Position numbers and translations under genes: made by a program. A DNA stretch of 64,000 bases from Prorocentrum cordatum (taxonomy: Eukaryota): contig CAUYUJ010000137.1 in assembly GCA_963575745.1 (NCBI GenBank), positions 62,001 to 126,000 on the forward strand, written 5' to 3'. The notes under the pieces were generated by a model that did not search any database, was not told where the DNA came from, and worked only from the letters and a program-made list of their open reading frames with translations. The stretch's first letter is position 1. Each line of letters begins with the position of its first letter. Shown in pieces: positions 34,553 through 46,690 of this stretch.

Positions 34553-34603
34553 CAGGCTCGCATGCGAGGTCACCGCGGGCGAGTCGGTGAGGGTGAGCTT
34601 TAA

Positions 34604-34616
34604 AGGGCTGATAACC
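34604..34616 (-). promoter_or_regulatory. Primer-binding site, half-tRNA(iMet) type
   Basis: GGTTATCAGCCCT abuts the 5' LTR; one mismatch from the GGTTATGAGCCCT anticodon-arm complement used by Ty5-like elements; lacks the TGG of CCA-end priming. Confidence 0.75.
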
Positions 34617-34808
34617 TGTGTATGGGGTTGAAGTACAAGGGTACAGAACCCCTGATCCGTTGGTAGAGAGAAGGAGGGATAGATGGATATCTTTCCCTCC
34701 CGCACGATCAAGGTCTGATCGATCTATCTCAGTACCTGAGCCCAAACGGCCAGGCGCAGGAGAGGTAAGGATAAGGAGTAAATATGAGGGTATGACACGG
34801 GTTCCATT

Positions 34809-34812
<4 letters not shown>
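34617..34812 (-). repeat. 5' LTR (196 bp)
   Basis: Direct repeat of 16903-17098. Confidence 0.97.

Positions 34813-34876
<64 letters not shown>
34813..34876. repeat. (AG)n microsatellite, right insertion flank
   Basis: Seen directly. Confidence 0.95.
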
Positions 34877-35249
34877 ACAAAACAAAAAAAGACGCGGACA
34901 TCGAACGGCGAACCCACGGGCCGCACGGCCGCTCAATCCATCGGTGAGACCATATATACGTGCAGCAACTGATCAACGCAAGAAAGTTCGACTACTCCTC
35001 GGTCCTCGCCTCATGCACCCCCCCTTCCGTCCTCCTCCATTTTTCTTTTTGTGGTGAGCCCATATATATATATATATATATAGAAAGAAAGATCGAAAAC
35101 CCTATTCGCCTGCTGCGAGCGAAGCCGCGTGCGGCACAACGCAAGCACACGCAGGCCGCCCCCCCCCATGGGTCGGCCCCACGATCCATTGTGAAAACTG
35201 AAAACATCAAAATATGATTGCGAGAACCATTATCACAACCACTGTTCAC

Positions 35250-36790
35250 ACAATTCTGGAAACCATTGTGAACATCATGGCGAAAACCACGGTTCCAGTG
35301 TGAAAACCATTGTGAATTCCATTGTGGAAACCATTGGAAATTCCACGATTCCACGATTCCATGATTCCATTGCGAAAACTATTTCGAATTCCACGATTCC
35401 ACGATTCCACGATTCCATTGCGCAAACCCTGGTGAATTCCACGATTCCACGATTCCACGGCGAAAACCATTGTGATTCCACGGTTCCACGATTCCATTGC
35501 GAAAACCATTGCGAATTCCATGGTTCCACGATTCCATGGTTCCATTGCGAAAACCATTGCGAATTCCAGGATTCCACGATTCCGCGATTCCACGATTCCA
35601 TTGCGAAAACCATTGTGAATTCCACGATTCCACGATTCCATTGCGAAAACCATGGTGAATTCCACAATTCCACGATTCCACTGTGAAAACCATTGTGAAT
35701 TCCACGATTCCACGATTCCATGATTCCATTGCGAAAGCCATTGCGAATTCCACGATTCCACGATTCCATGATTCCATTGTGAAAGCCATTTTAAATTCCA
35801 CGATTCCACGATTCCACGATTCCATGATTCCATTGAGAAAACCATTGTGACTTCCACGATTCCACGATTCCATGATTCCATTGCGAAAACCATTGTGAAT
35901 TCCACGATTCCACGATTCCATTGCGAAAGCCATTGTGAATTCCACGATTCCACGATTCCACTGTGAAAGCCATGGTGGGTTCCACGATTCCACGATTCCA
36001 TTGCGAAAACCATTGCGAATTCCATGATTCCACGATTCCACGATTCCATGATTCCATTGCGAAAGCCATTGCGAATTCCAGGATTCCACGATTCCGCGAT
36101 TCCACGATTCCATTGCGAAAACCATTGTGAATTCCACGATTCCACGATTCCATTGCGAAAACCATTGTGAATTCCACAATTCCACGATCCCACGATTCCA
36201 CTGTGAAAACCATGGTGAATTCCACGATTCCACGATTCCATGATTCCATTGCGAATTCTACGAGTCCACGATTCCATGATTCCATTGCGAAAACCATTGT
36301 GAATTCCACGATTCCACGATTCCATGATTCCATTGCGAAAACCATTGTGAATTCCACGATTCTACGATTCCACGATTCCATAGCGAAAACCATTGTGAAT
36401 TCCACGATTCCACGATTCCATTGCGAAAACCACGATGGATTCCACGATTCCATTGCAAAAACCATTGTGGACTCCACGATTCCACGATTCCATGATTCCA
36501 TTACGAAAACCATTGTGAATTCCACGATTCCACGATTCCATTGCGAGAGCCATTGTGAATTCCACGGTTCCACGATTCCATTGCGAAAACCATAGTGAAT
36601 TCCACGGTTCCACGATTCCACGATTCCATTACGAAAACCATGGTGAATTCCACGATTCCACGATCCCACGATTCCACTGTGAAAACCATGGTGAATTCCA
36701 CGATTCCGCGATTCCATTGTGAAAACCATTGTGGAATCCACGATTCCACGATCGAAAACCATTCTGTGGTCATGATTCCACGATTCCACT
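35250..36790. repeat. Minisatellite: (TTCCACGA)n interleaved with CCATTGCGAAAACCATTGTGAA
   Basis: ~1.5 kb of tandem higher-order units built from 8-mers. Confidence 0.95.
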
Positions 36791-39274
36791 GTGGGCCCCC
36801 ACGGCTCATGGAACCATGTGGGGCCCGAGCCGCACTCCCCCCGATCGGGCGGTGAGTGCGGCCCTTAAATTGCGCTTGCAAGTCGAAGTCGTGTATATGA
36901 AAAAACCGCTTGCTGCCCGCGTCCGCGTTTGCCACGATGTGCTCCTGACGGGCGGGAGAGGGGGGGGGGGGCGGCCTGCTCCCCCACCGTTTGCGTTATC
37001 GTCGTCGATCGTCGTCGTGGTCGTAGTCGTTGTTATCGTCGTCGTCGTCTTCGTCGTCTTGTTGCTCGTATCTGCGCTGCCCCCGTCGCCGCCATCGATC
37101 CGCCGCCGCCGATCGCCGACGTCGTCGGCCCGCTCGTATCACCTGTCCAGTCGCAGTCGGTCGTCGTTATCCTCATGGGCTGGGTCCTCATCATCCTCAG
37201 CATCCTCGCCTCGTGCTCCTCAGTTTTATCATCATCATCATCCTCCTCATCACCCTTACTACCATCTTGAAGAAATTCTGACTTCAGAACTTCTTAAGGC
37301 GGAGCAAATTAATATCACCATCTTCGCTCCTAACCTTAACGCTCATGCTATTCCTGCTGCTCCTAGCTTTTCATCGGTCGCATCATCTTTCCTGGCTTTC
37401 ATGTTCTCGCCCCCGCTCCTGACGCCTAATCATCCTCTCCTCGCACCCTGTAGCGGTGCCCTATGCCGCAATTTAGTTACTGCTGCGCCGCGATCCCTAT
37501 TCGCCTGTTGTCGACATCACGCCTGCAACATTCCCCGATTCGCCTGCTGCGCTGTCGCCGATCGGCTCCCCGTGCAGCTATAGCAGGCTCGACCCTGGAA
37601 GCGGCTGAAGCGGCGACTGCCTCAATTGCCCATCTTGGGGAGGAGCACGGGGAGGAGGACGAGGAGGAGGAGAAGGAGCAAGAGAGAGGAGGAAGAGGAG
37701 GGGGAGGAGGAAGAGGGGGGGGAGGAGGCCGAGGAGGGGAGGAAGCATGCTCCGAGGATCCTCTCGAGGAGGGCCCCCCTAGGAGGAGGAGCCTCGAGGA
37801 TCCGAGTGCGATCCTCGCAGACCCCCAGCCACAACTGCTGGTCTGTCCGGCGTCGGCCCCATATGGAAGAGGAGGGGCGGGGGTGGGGGGGGGAAGGACT
37901 AGGATCAGGAGGGGGCGGAGGAGGAGGAGGAGGCGGAAGAGGAGGCGGAGGGGGAGGGGGGGATGGGGGGGGTCGAGAGAGGAGGAGGGCGTGAAAGGGG
38001 ACGAGGGGGAGAGGGAGCGAGGAGGGGGGAGGAGGAAGCAGGACGAAGAGGAGGAGGGGGTGGGGGGAGGATGAGGAGGATCGAGGAGGAGGAGGAGGAG
38101 GAGGAGGAAGGGAGGAGGAGGAAGAGCCTCGATGGGGAGGGGAGAGGGGGTGAGGCGATGAGAAGGTAGGGAAGGAGAGCTCGAGGAGGATCGAGGAGGA
38201 GGACCGAGGAAGGAGACAATTCGGCTGTTCCTGAATCCTCGGGAATTTCTCCTCTTCCTAATCTTCCCAAAGCTTCTCGACCTGTCCTCCTCCCACTCGT
38301 CCTCCTCCTGGCTCGCCCTCGCCGTCCCCCTTTGTCCTGACCCGTCCTCCTCCCGATCACGGCCCAGCCTCCAGCTCCTCGAACTCGTTTCCCCCCGCTT
38401 CCAGCCTCGAAACACCACTTGTGCATCATGTGCCCTATTCCCGCTCCCGCACCACCTCGCTGCGCGGCCCATCCACAGCCGCAATTCTTTGCGCGAGCTC
38501 TCGGGGTAGGCGCCGCCGCCGAGGAAAATGCCGGCCACCGCTCACCTCCCCATCCCGTGCAAACAACATTACTTCTATTAGACGCACACGTAAAGTAACT
38601 ATGCTACCCAAAACGCTCACAAAGCAAGCAGTGTGCAGATGTCCAAGCCCCACCCACGGGATCTTCCAGCCCTCCTCCTCCGCCTCCTCATCATCACGTA
38701 TCCCCTCCTCCTCATCCTCCTCCTGCTCCTCTTCCTCGATCCTCCTCCTCCTTCCGCGCCCTTCCTCTGCCCCCCCTGCTGCTGTCCCTCGTCCTCGAGC
38801 CCGAGCCCCACCTCGGCGACGTGCGCACGCGCCTCGACGAAGCTGACGATGCTGACAGAGTTGCGCAGCATCTTTCGCCTCCCTCGCCCAAGCCCTAGCA
38901 GCGCCCAACGCGAGCTCAATGCCGAAGGGTTCGAGAGCAACTCCCCCGTGATCATGTCAGCTTCCTTCCCGTCTTCGCCATCGATCCTCCGTCTCTTCTC
39001 ATGCCCATCCTCATCCTCATCATCGTCCTCCTCCTAGTCCTCGTTCTCTTCGTCCTCCGCATCGTCCTCCTCGGTATCTTCGCTATCCGCCTGCCCCCAT
39101 CCCCCTGATCCTCGCCATCGCTTCCCCCTCAGGCGCACGTGCTCAACCCTTGCGCCGCCCCGCCAAGGGCAAGCATATAGGTGCTCGTCCATGCCCTGCT
39201 TATTGTAGATCTTCACGAACCTCCCCCCGCGGCGGCGCCCTCCTCCTCCTCCTTCTCCTTAACATCCTCCTCAG

Positions 39275-39328
<54 letters not shown>

Positions 39329-39333
<5 letters not shown>

Positions 39334-40883
39334 CTTGTTTTGTTAGCGACGTAGCTCGATCGGTCGGTTGATCGGTCGACCCCCCCCCCCCCCCCCCCTT
39401 CCCACCATTGCCAGGGCCAGCGCCCAGCTCCTGCAAGACCAGGCCGCGCGCACGGTTGCCCTCCTTGCTTGTGGCGCCGCCGAGCTCCGCGGCCTTCTCG
39501 CGCACGTGCGCGGCGATGGCAGGACTGGTCTCCCTGGCGGTGGCGGTGCCCATGTTCGCCATGCAGCTGGGCGTCCACATCTTGTCAACCAACAGCGTGA
39601 TCTGGCTGGCTTTGCCAGCTGCCTCGCCCATCGCCCACGCCGTCGCGCCCGCGTGCCCCTCCGTCCTGCGCCCCCTCTTCCCTGTGATGTACTCCGCGCC
39701 GTCCACCACGAACGTGCCCTTGAACTGCGCAGCGCCAGCAGCCTCGCCACCCGCCTCGCCAGCAGCCTCGTCAGCAGCCTCGCCAGCCGCCACGGGCTCT
39801 CCTGCAGCCTCGCCAGCAGCCTCGGGTTCTGCAGCCTCGCCAGCAGCCGCGGGCTCTGCAGCCTCGCCAGCCGCCGCGGGCTCTCCGTCCTCATCCTCAT
39901 CCGAAGGCTCCTTCATGCCGAGATCCTCGAGCTCGTCGCTCGCGGCGGGGCCCTGCGCCGTGGCTGGCTTTTTGGCAGGCCCCCCGCCCTGCCTGCTCCT
40001 CTCGTTGGCCTTCTCAGCCTCTGCTGCGCCAGGGTCGAACCACGACGGCGTTGCCCGAGGTTCCTCGAGCCGTGCACCTGGCTGGTATGGCATCTCGACC
40101 GTGCGCGCGGGCGTTTTTTGTCTCTCTCATTTTTTTACGTTTCTTATCTTTCTTGGCGGACTTCTTGTGGCGCCGCTTCCTGCGGCCCTTGCCCGCGAGG
40201 CCACCGTGGAACATCATCGACCCCGCCAGCGCCGCCGCGGCCGCCGCCTTCGGAGTCACTGGTGCAGTCGGCGTCGCAGCCGCATTCGGAGTCACCGATG
40301 CAGTCGGTGTCGCAGCAGCCTTCGTCGGAGTCCTCGATGCAGTCGGTGTCGCAGCAACCGCCTTCGTCGGACTCCTCGATGCAGTCGGTCTCGCAGCAGC
40401 CGCCTTCGGAGTCCTCGATGTCGTCGGTGTCGCAGCCGCCTTCGGAGTCCTCGATGTCGGCGTCGCAGCCGCCTTCGTCGGAGTCACCGACGTCGGTGTC
40501 GCAATCGCCTGCTCTTCGCCGTCGGTGCACATCACCACATCATCGTCAGCATCGCGATCGGCCGCCACTGCCTCCTCTGCTGCCACTGCCCCATCGGCCG
40601 CCACTGCCTCCTCGACGCAATCCTCCTCGCCCTCGATCGCCTCGATCTCCTCTACCTCCCCGCCCTCGGTGGCCACTGCGCCGTCGTCGGCGGCCACCGC
40701 CGCCCCCCCTGCTGCTTCCTGGTCGCTTGCGTCCTCGGAGACGGAACTATCCATCCACACCGTGTCGTCACTGTGAAAATAAGCACCCGTAGATTTGTCG
40801 ACGAGGGTCGATGGGTTGTAGAATGGGTCCTCAAGGATCAACCGCCCCCTCCTACGAGACAGAGGGGGGGGGTACAACCTCAA
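39329..40883 (-). pseudogene. Possible degenerate or spliced coding region with Ala/Thr/Glu tandem peptide repeats
   Basis: Overlapping ORFs 40014-40883 and 39329-40093 with TP(T)KAAATPTAS and EAAEPAAAG repeats; no recognisable domain. Confidence 0.25.
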
Positions 40884-43800
40884 ATCCTCCTCGTCTATAT
40901 CCTCCTCGAGATCATCATCGCATCCTCCTCCTCATCAGGTGCCCATCCTCATCCTCCTGAGGTGCTCATTCCTTCTCTGGCTTCACCCCTCCTCATTCCC
41001 CCCCCCCCCCCCCTCCTCCTCGATCCCCCTCTTGCCCTCGCCCTTCGAATCCGTTTCGTGCCCCGCGTGTCCACGAGAGCGCCCCGAACTCCGTCAGACT
41101 CTGCATCCTGCAGACGCGAAGACGAGTGGGAGAAGAAGGAGTGGGGCAACGAAAGAGAAGGATCTTAAGGCGGGAGGTAAAAGAGGATCAGGAGGAGGAG
41201 TATGATGAGGAGGAGGTGAGCATGACGAGAAGGATATTGACGAGACGGACGACGACTGCCCACGCGACGAGGATCCGCTCTGCGGAGCAGCCGTTCTTCC
41301 GAAGGAACGAGCAGCATTATTTGGCACACGCCTTTCTACGCCTCCCCGAGTGCCCTCCATTCCTCATCGGCGGGGCCCCGGAGGACGCGCTGCACTCAAG
41401 GGGGTGGAGAAAGGAGCACGCGAGGGAACTGGGGATGAGGGGGGGGAGGAGGTCGAGCAGGAGCGGTCGACCACGACGACCGAACCGTGGCTAGGGGATA
41501 TCGCTTAACATCGGGCCGCGCTCCTCGAGGACAGCGTTGCGGAAGAACGACTGCAGCTGCTCGGGGCTGACGCCTTCGTCCTCGCTGCCTTGGTCGCCCT
41601 GCGAGTCGTCCTGCCCGCGCAATTGCTCCTGCTGGTTCTGCTGCGCATGCTGCTGACGAGGATGCCCTTGCTACCGCTCCTGCTTCTGCTGCTGCTCCGT
41701 CCCGCTGCTGCTGCTGCTGCTGCATCTGCAGCTGCTTATCCTGCTTCTGTTCATGCTTGTTGCTCCCGCAACTGATCATTTCTGCGAAAGCGCTTGCGCG
41801 TGCTGCTTGTGGTACTGTAATTGCGTCTGTTACCGCTGCAACTGCTCCTACTGCAACTACAACTGGTGTTCCTGCTCCTGCCCCGTCTCACTGCAGCTCC
41901 TCCTGCTCCTGCTTCTCTCGCTGCCACTGCAACTTCGACTGCGCCCCCCCCCCTCGCCTTCCCCTCGCAATTGGCAAGCCCCTCCTGTGATGGCTTCATC
42001 TTGAGATAGCGCGAGTACATCATCCGCGCAACCCTGGCCTGCAAAAACCTGGCGAGCGGGAGGCGTTGCCCGTCTCCGAGTTCGCCATCGCCGCCGTCGC
42101 CGTCGTCGCCGTCGATCGAGTCCATCGTCAAAGCCGTCGTCGAAGTCGTCGTCGAGGCCGACGCCGCCGTCGAGGCCGCGAGCGTCGACGAGGCCGGGGC
42201 TGTCGGTCAGCGATCGCGGCTCTGGTCGTCGCCGATGCCACCACCGAGGCAGTCGTTGTCGAGGTCGTCGCCTTCGTCGATCGGCGGCGTCGTCGGATCG
42301 TTGTCGATGCCCCCCTCTTCGTCGAGGGCTTCGTCGATGCCGCCGTCGAGGCCGTCTTGGATCCTTCGCTGTCGAGGCCGTCGTCGACGCCGCTGTCGTC
42401 GGGGCAGTCGAGGCCGCGAGGTCGTTGTCGAGGGCGCCGTCGAGGCCGTTGTCGTCGAGGTCGTCGTCGAGGCCGTCGTCAAGGGCTCCTCTTCTCCACC
42501 ACCTCTCATTATTCCCGTTCTTCGCCTCCTTCTTCTCTTTCCTCTCATTCTTCTCATCCCTTTCATTATTCGCAGTCTTCGCGGTCTTCCCATCCGAACC
42601 TCATTCCCCCACTTGCGCGCATTCTCCCTCTCTCTCTACCGCTTCTCTGTCCCTTACACCTCGGCAAAGAGAGCAGCATGGGGAGGGGAACTGGATCCCA
42701 TGCAAGCGTCGCTGCTGCGGCTTGCGCCCGTGCATGCGCTTCCAGCCCGTCGTGCGCGCGTTCAGAAATGCCAGCGACCAAGCCTCCTGAGGATCACTCT
42801 CTCATTGGTCCGTCCCTGCTTCCCGCCCCCCCCTATCTCCATCTCCTCTCTCCTACTCGTCATCTTCGCAAGCGTGGGCGGGTAACGCGTAACACCTCGT
42901 TGAAAGCACGAGTGGCAAGTGTGGTCGTCGTCGAGGCGTCGCCGAGGTCGTCGCTGTCGTCATGGCCGTCGCCCTCGTCGTGATTGGGACCGTCGCCGTT
43001 AATCGTCGATGCTCTCGACGTCGCATGCGCAGTCATGCACTCGTCGACTCGTCGTCGATGCCGTCGCCGGCGCAGTCGTGACGTCGTCGAGGCCCCCCCT
43101 GCTACTTCAAAGCCCCCCTTCTCCTACTTTTGCTCGTCCTGTTCCTGCTGCCCCTCTCATTCTTCCAGCAACTTCTCGCTTCCAGCAACTCCTCTCCATG
43201 CTCTACCCTCAAGGCCCAGCAAAAAGGCTGTCCATCATGAGCTTCTGCGAGAAGCGCTTCCCTAGTGTCAGCGCGTCCAGGGCTATCATCAGCTTCTCCT
43301 CTGCCTGTCGGAGGGGGGATCGTCGTCGTCGAGGCGTCGTCGAATCCACTGTGCCGTCGCGGATGCCGTCGACGTCGGACGCACTCCTCGATCCTGCATG
43401 ATCCTTCTCCTCCTCTCGGCTGCTCCTTCTCTTCGAGCCTCCTCTCCTCTCGGCTGCTCCTTCTCCTCCTCTCGGCTGCCCCTTCTCCTCCCGACGATCT
43501 GCTGCTCCTTCTCCTCGAGGCTACCCTTCCTAACTCCCCTTCCAACTCCTCCCCCTCATCGTGCTCGCTGCCGTCCCGCTCCTCCTCCTCGGCTGGCCCT
43601 CCCGTCGAGCCTTGATCTCATCCGGCCTCGGGCGGTCGCCGAAGGAGTCGCACGTGTATACGAAGTCGGGGATGTTGTCGTATCCTGGCCCGAGCCGTCG
43701 CCGACGTCGCCCCCAGGCCGTCGCCCTCCTGGATCCTCACCTCCTCCTGGATCCTCGCCCTCCTCGAGGCCCCTCGCCCTCCTCCTGCGTGGATCCCCTG

Positions 43801-45680
43801 ATCCCCTCTCCGACCCCCTCAGCCCTGATTCCTTGACCCCTCTGATCCCCTCCTCCTGAATCCTCGCTCTCCTCCCCCTCGCCCTCATCCTTCCCTCGCC
43901 CTCCAATCCCCTGATCCCTCGCCCTCCTCCTGGACCCCCACCCATCTCCGTCTCCCGATCTTTCCAACCCACTCCCCTCACTTTCATTCAGTCCATCCCC
44001 ATCTCATCGATCCCCCACTCCCCAGGGCTCCTTCTAGCATCTCGTGGCCCTCGGGGATGTCCAGCGACGCCTCGCGAGGCGGACGACGACGATGAGCGCG
44101 GCGAGAACTCCGAGGATCTTCCTCAAAGTCCTCGCCACGCCCATCGTTCCTTCCACGTCGCAGTCAATGGAGGCTGCGACGCGGCGGTAGTGGAAGGTGG
44201 GGACGATGACGAGAGGAGGATCGAGCAGGGAAGGGAGGGGGTGCGAGCGGGAGAGAGAGAGAGAGAGGGGGGGGGGACAGGGGGGCGAGGGAAGAGGAGC
44301 AGGAGAAGGATGCAGAAGGACTCCAGACGCAGGAGCGCGCGTCGGCGGCGGGGGGGGAGGTGGAGGGGGCTCGAGAACGAGGGCGCCTGGGCCACCACCA
44401 TCGGATCGATCCGCGTGGTGGCCTCGAATTTGAAGGCTGCCTTCTTCGCCTTGCAACGCCCCGCCATGGCGGCGCCTCAGCGAGGGGCAATCCTCCTATA
44501 CTCCTCATCCTCATCCTCCTCATCGTCCTCGAGGTTCCTCATCCTCAACGTCCTGGCTCACCCCTCGTCCTCCTTCTCCTCCTCCTCATCCTCGCCCTCC
44601 TCCTCATCATCATCAGCATCATCACCACCAACATCATCATAATCGTCATCATCATCATCATCATCAGCATCATCATCACCATCATCACAACCCTCGCCCT
44701 CCCCCCCCTCATCCCCCCCCCTCCTCCCCCCCTGGCCCCCGAGACAAAGAAGACCATATCCATCTCCCTGCCTTCTCTAAAATGCGCGCGACAAAATCCG
44801 ATCATCGACTGACTGCCCCCCTCCTCCTCCTCCTCCCCTCCTCCTCCTCCTCCTCCTATTTCCTCCTCTTCCCCCCTCCCTCCCTCTCGAGCTCCTCATG
44901 TCCTCTTCCCCCCTCATGTCCTCTTCCGTCCTCTTACCTCCTTGTCCTTCTTCCTCCTTGATATTCCCTCACGGTCCCTTCCCTCCATCCCCTATCGCCC
45001 CCCCCCCCCCCCCCCCCCCCCCCCTCTTCCCCCCCTACTTCTGCCCCCCCCCCCCCCACCCCCCCCCCCCCCCCTGCGAGCCTGAGCTCGCGCGCATGGC
45101 GCGCCGCGCGCGCTGGCGCGCGGGCCCTGGGCCTCGCGGGGCCTGGGCCTCGCGCCGCGCGCGCGCGGCGCGAGTTCCTCCTCCTCGTTCTCCTTCTCCT
45201 CCTCCTCCTCCTCCTCCTCCTCCTCCTCCTCCTCCTTTTCCTCCTTTTCCTGTTCCTCCTCCTCCTCCTCCTCCTCCTCCTCCTCTTCCTCCTCCTCCCC
45301 CCTCCTCCTCGTCCTCGAGGAGGGGAGGAGGGGGCCCCTTCTCCCCCCCACCCCCCCCCATCCTCCCTCCACTCAGGGCAGGGCAGCGCTGCAGCATGGA
45401 GCGCGGGGAGCTCCTCCCAAGGGTGGAGGGGGGGAAGGAGGGGGAGGAGGAACAAGAAAAGGAATACGTGGGAGGATTAGAAGGATGAGGAGGATCGAGG
45501 AGGAGGAGGAGAAGGAGGAGGAGTAGTGTCTTTTTTATTCGGACGAGCGCGAGGATATCCACGCCACCCTAACCCAACCTAACCGGACTGACGTTGTGAG
45601 CGTGAAGGCCCAGCGTTAACGTATACTAATAATGTGCGAATGCCGAATGGTGTACGTTGTCCAGGAGATTAGACAAAAAA

Positions 45681-45862
45681 CACAACTCAAGACATCCAAA
45701 CAAAACTCAAGACATCCAAACAAAACTCAAGACAGACAAACAAAACTCAAGACAGTCAAACAAAACTCAAGACAAGCCCAAAAGTTCTTCAAACTCACGC
45801 GATCAAAAAAAAACTCAAGACAAGCCAGGCGTCTTGAGTTTCTCAAGACGGCCGATGTCAGG
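45681..45862. repeat. 20-bp tandem repeat (CAAAACTCAAGACANNNAAA x5) plus palindrome CGTCTTGAG-TTT-CTCAAGACG
   Basis: Seen directly; shares its core with 8203-8306. Confidence 0.9.
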
Positions 45863-46379
45863 GTCCAGCTGCGGCCGCGGAGCCGGCGGCGCCATCGGCG
45901 CCAGCGGCGCCCGCGGCGCAGGGAAGCCCGAGGGAGGGGCCGCGGGCGGCGGCCGCGGCCCCCGCTGCGCCCGCGGCGCCTGCGGCGCCGGCGGCGCCCG
46001 CGGCGCCTGCGGCGCCCGGGCGCTCGCGGCGCCCGCAGCGCAGGGGGGCCCCCAAGGGGGGCGGCCGCCGACAGCGGCCGCGGCACCGGCAGCGCCAGCG
46101 GCGTCGACGGCGCCAGCGGCGCCCGCGGCGCCCGAGGCGCAGGGGAGCACGGGGGGCGGCCGCAGGCGGCGGCCGGCGGCGGCGCCCGCGGCGCACCCGC
46201 CCCGCCGCGGCCGGGGCGCGGCCACACCCAGGAGAGGCCAGAGTGAAATGAGGTGAAGCAAGGGCGGGCGCGCCCGCAGCTTAGGAGACGACCTTCCACT
46301 GTTTCTGTCCTTCCTGGGTGCGCGGCGAACAGCGTGGCCCTTCGCCGCCTGGCGCCCCCTGCCCGCGCCGCCACTTCCA

Positions 46380-46690
46380 CCCAGGTACCGAAGCCGCACC
46401 TGCGCCCAGTCAACGCCGAGGTCCAGCGCGTCGTCCATGGCCCGCACGTCACAGTTATGGCTGCGAAAGGACGACAGGAAGTTGACGCACGTTTGCTGGT
46501 CGTGCCGCCGCGGGTCGAGCGCGCCATTGCAGCTAGGCAAGGCGTGCTGCTGGGCGAACGCGTGCCAGGCGCCTGTGAACCTCGCTCCCAGGGAGGCCTG
46601 AAGCCGCTTTATCGTCTCGCCAGGTGTCTCCCCGGGGAGGTCCCACTGGATGTCGCCGGTCTTAGTTTTATATAGCTGCTGCCCCGCGTC
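46380..46690 (-). pseudogene. Coding fragment with a WW-like motif and an IK.LQ...W..F...G.LDP.RHD module
   Basis: LYKTKTGDIQWDLP followed by IKRLQ..GAWHAFA..GALDPRRHD..CVNFL within ORF 45815-47092. Confidence 0.35.

Larger units (their letters stand above)
16903..34812 (-). mobile_element. Giant Ty1/Copia LTR retrotransposon (~17.9 kb) with an extra cargo ORF; decayed full-length copy
   Basis: Paired 196-bp LTRs with TG...CA ends, GAGAG TSD, PBS, PPT, and domain order gag-PR-IN-RT-RH (Copia order). Confidence 0.97.

Noticed and set aside
17765..34631. Plus-strand ORFs within the retrotransposon
   Set aside because: Short antisense shadows of the minus-strand genes with no motifs.
35246..36935. 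Long MESWNRGIVE-type ORFs and a CRISPR-like appearance
   Set aside because: These are translations of a tandem minisatellite; there are no unique constant-length spacers and no cas genes.
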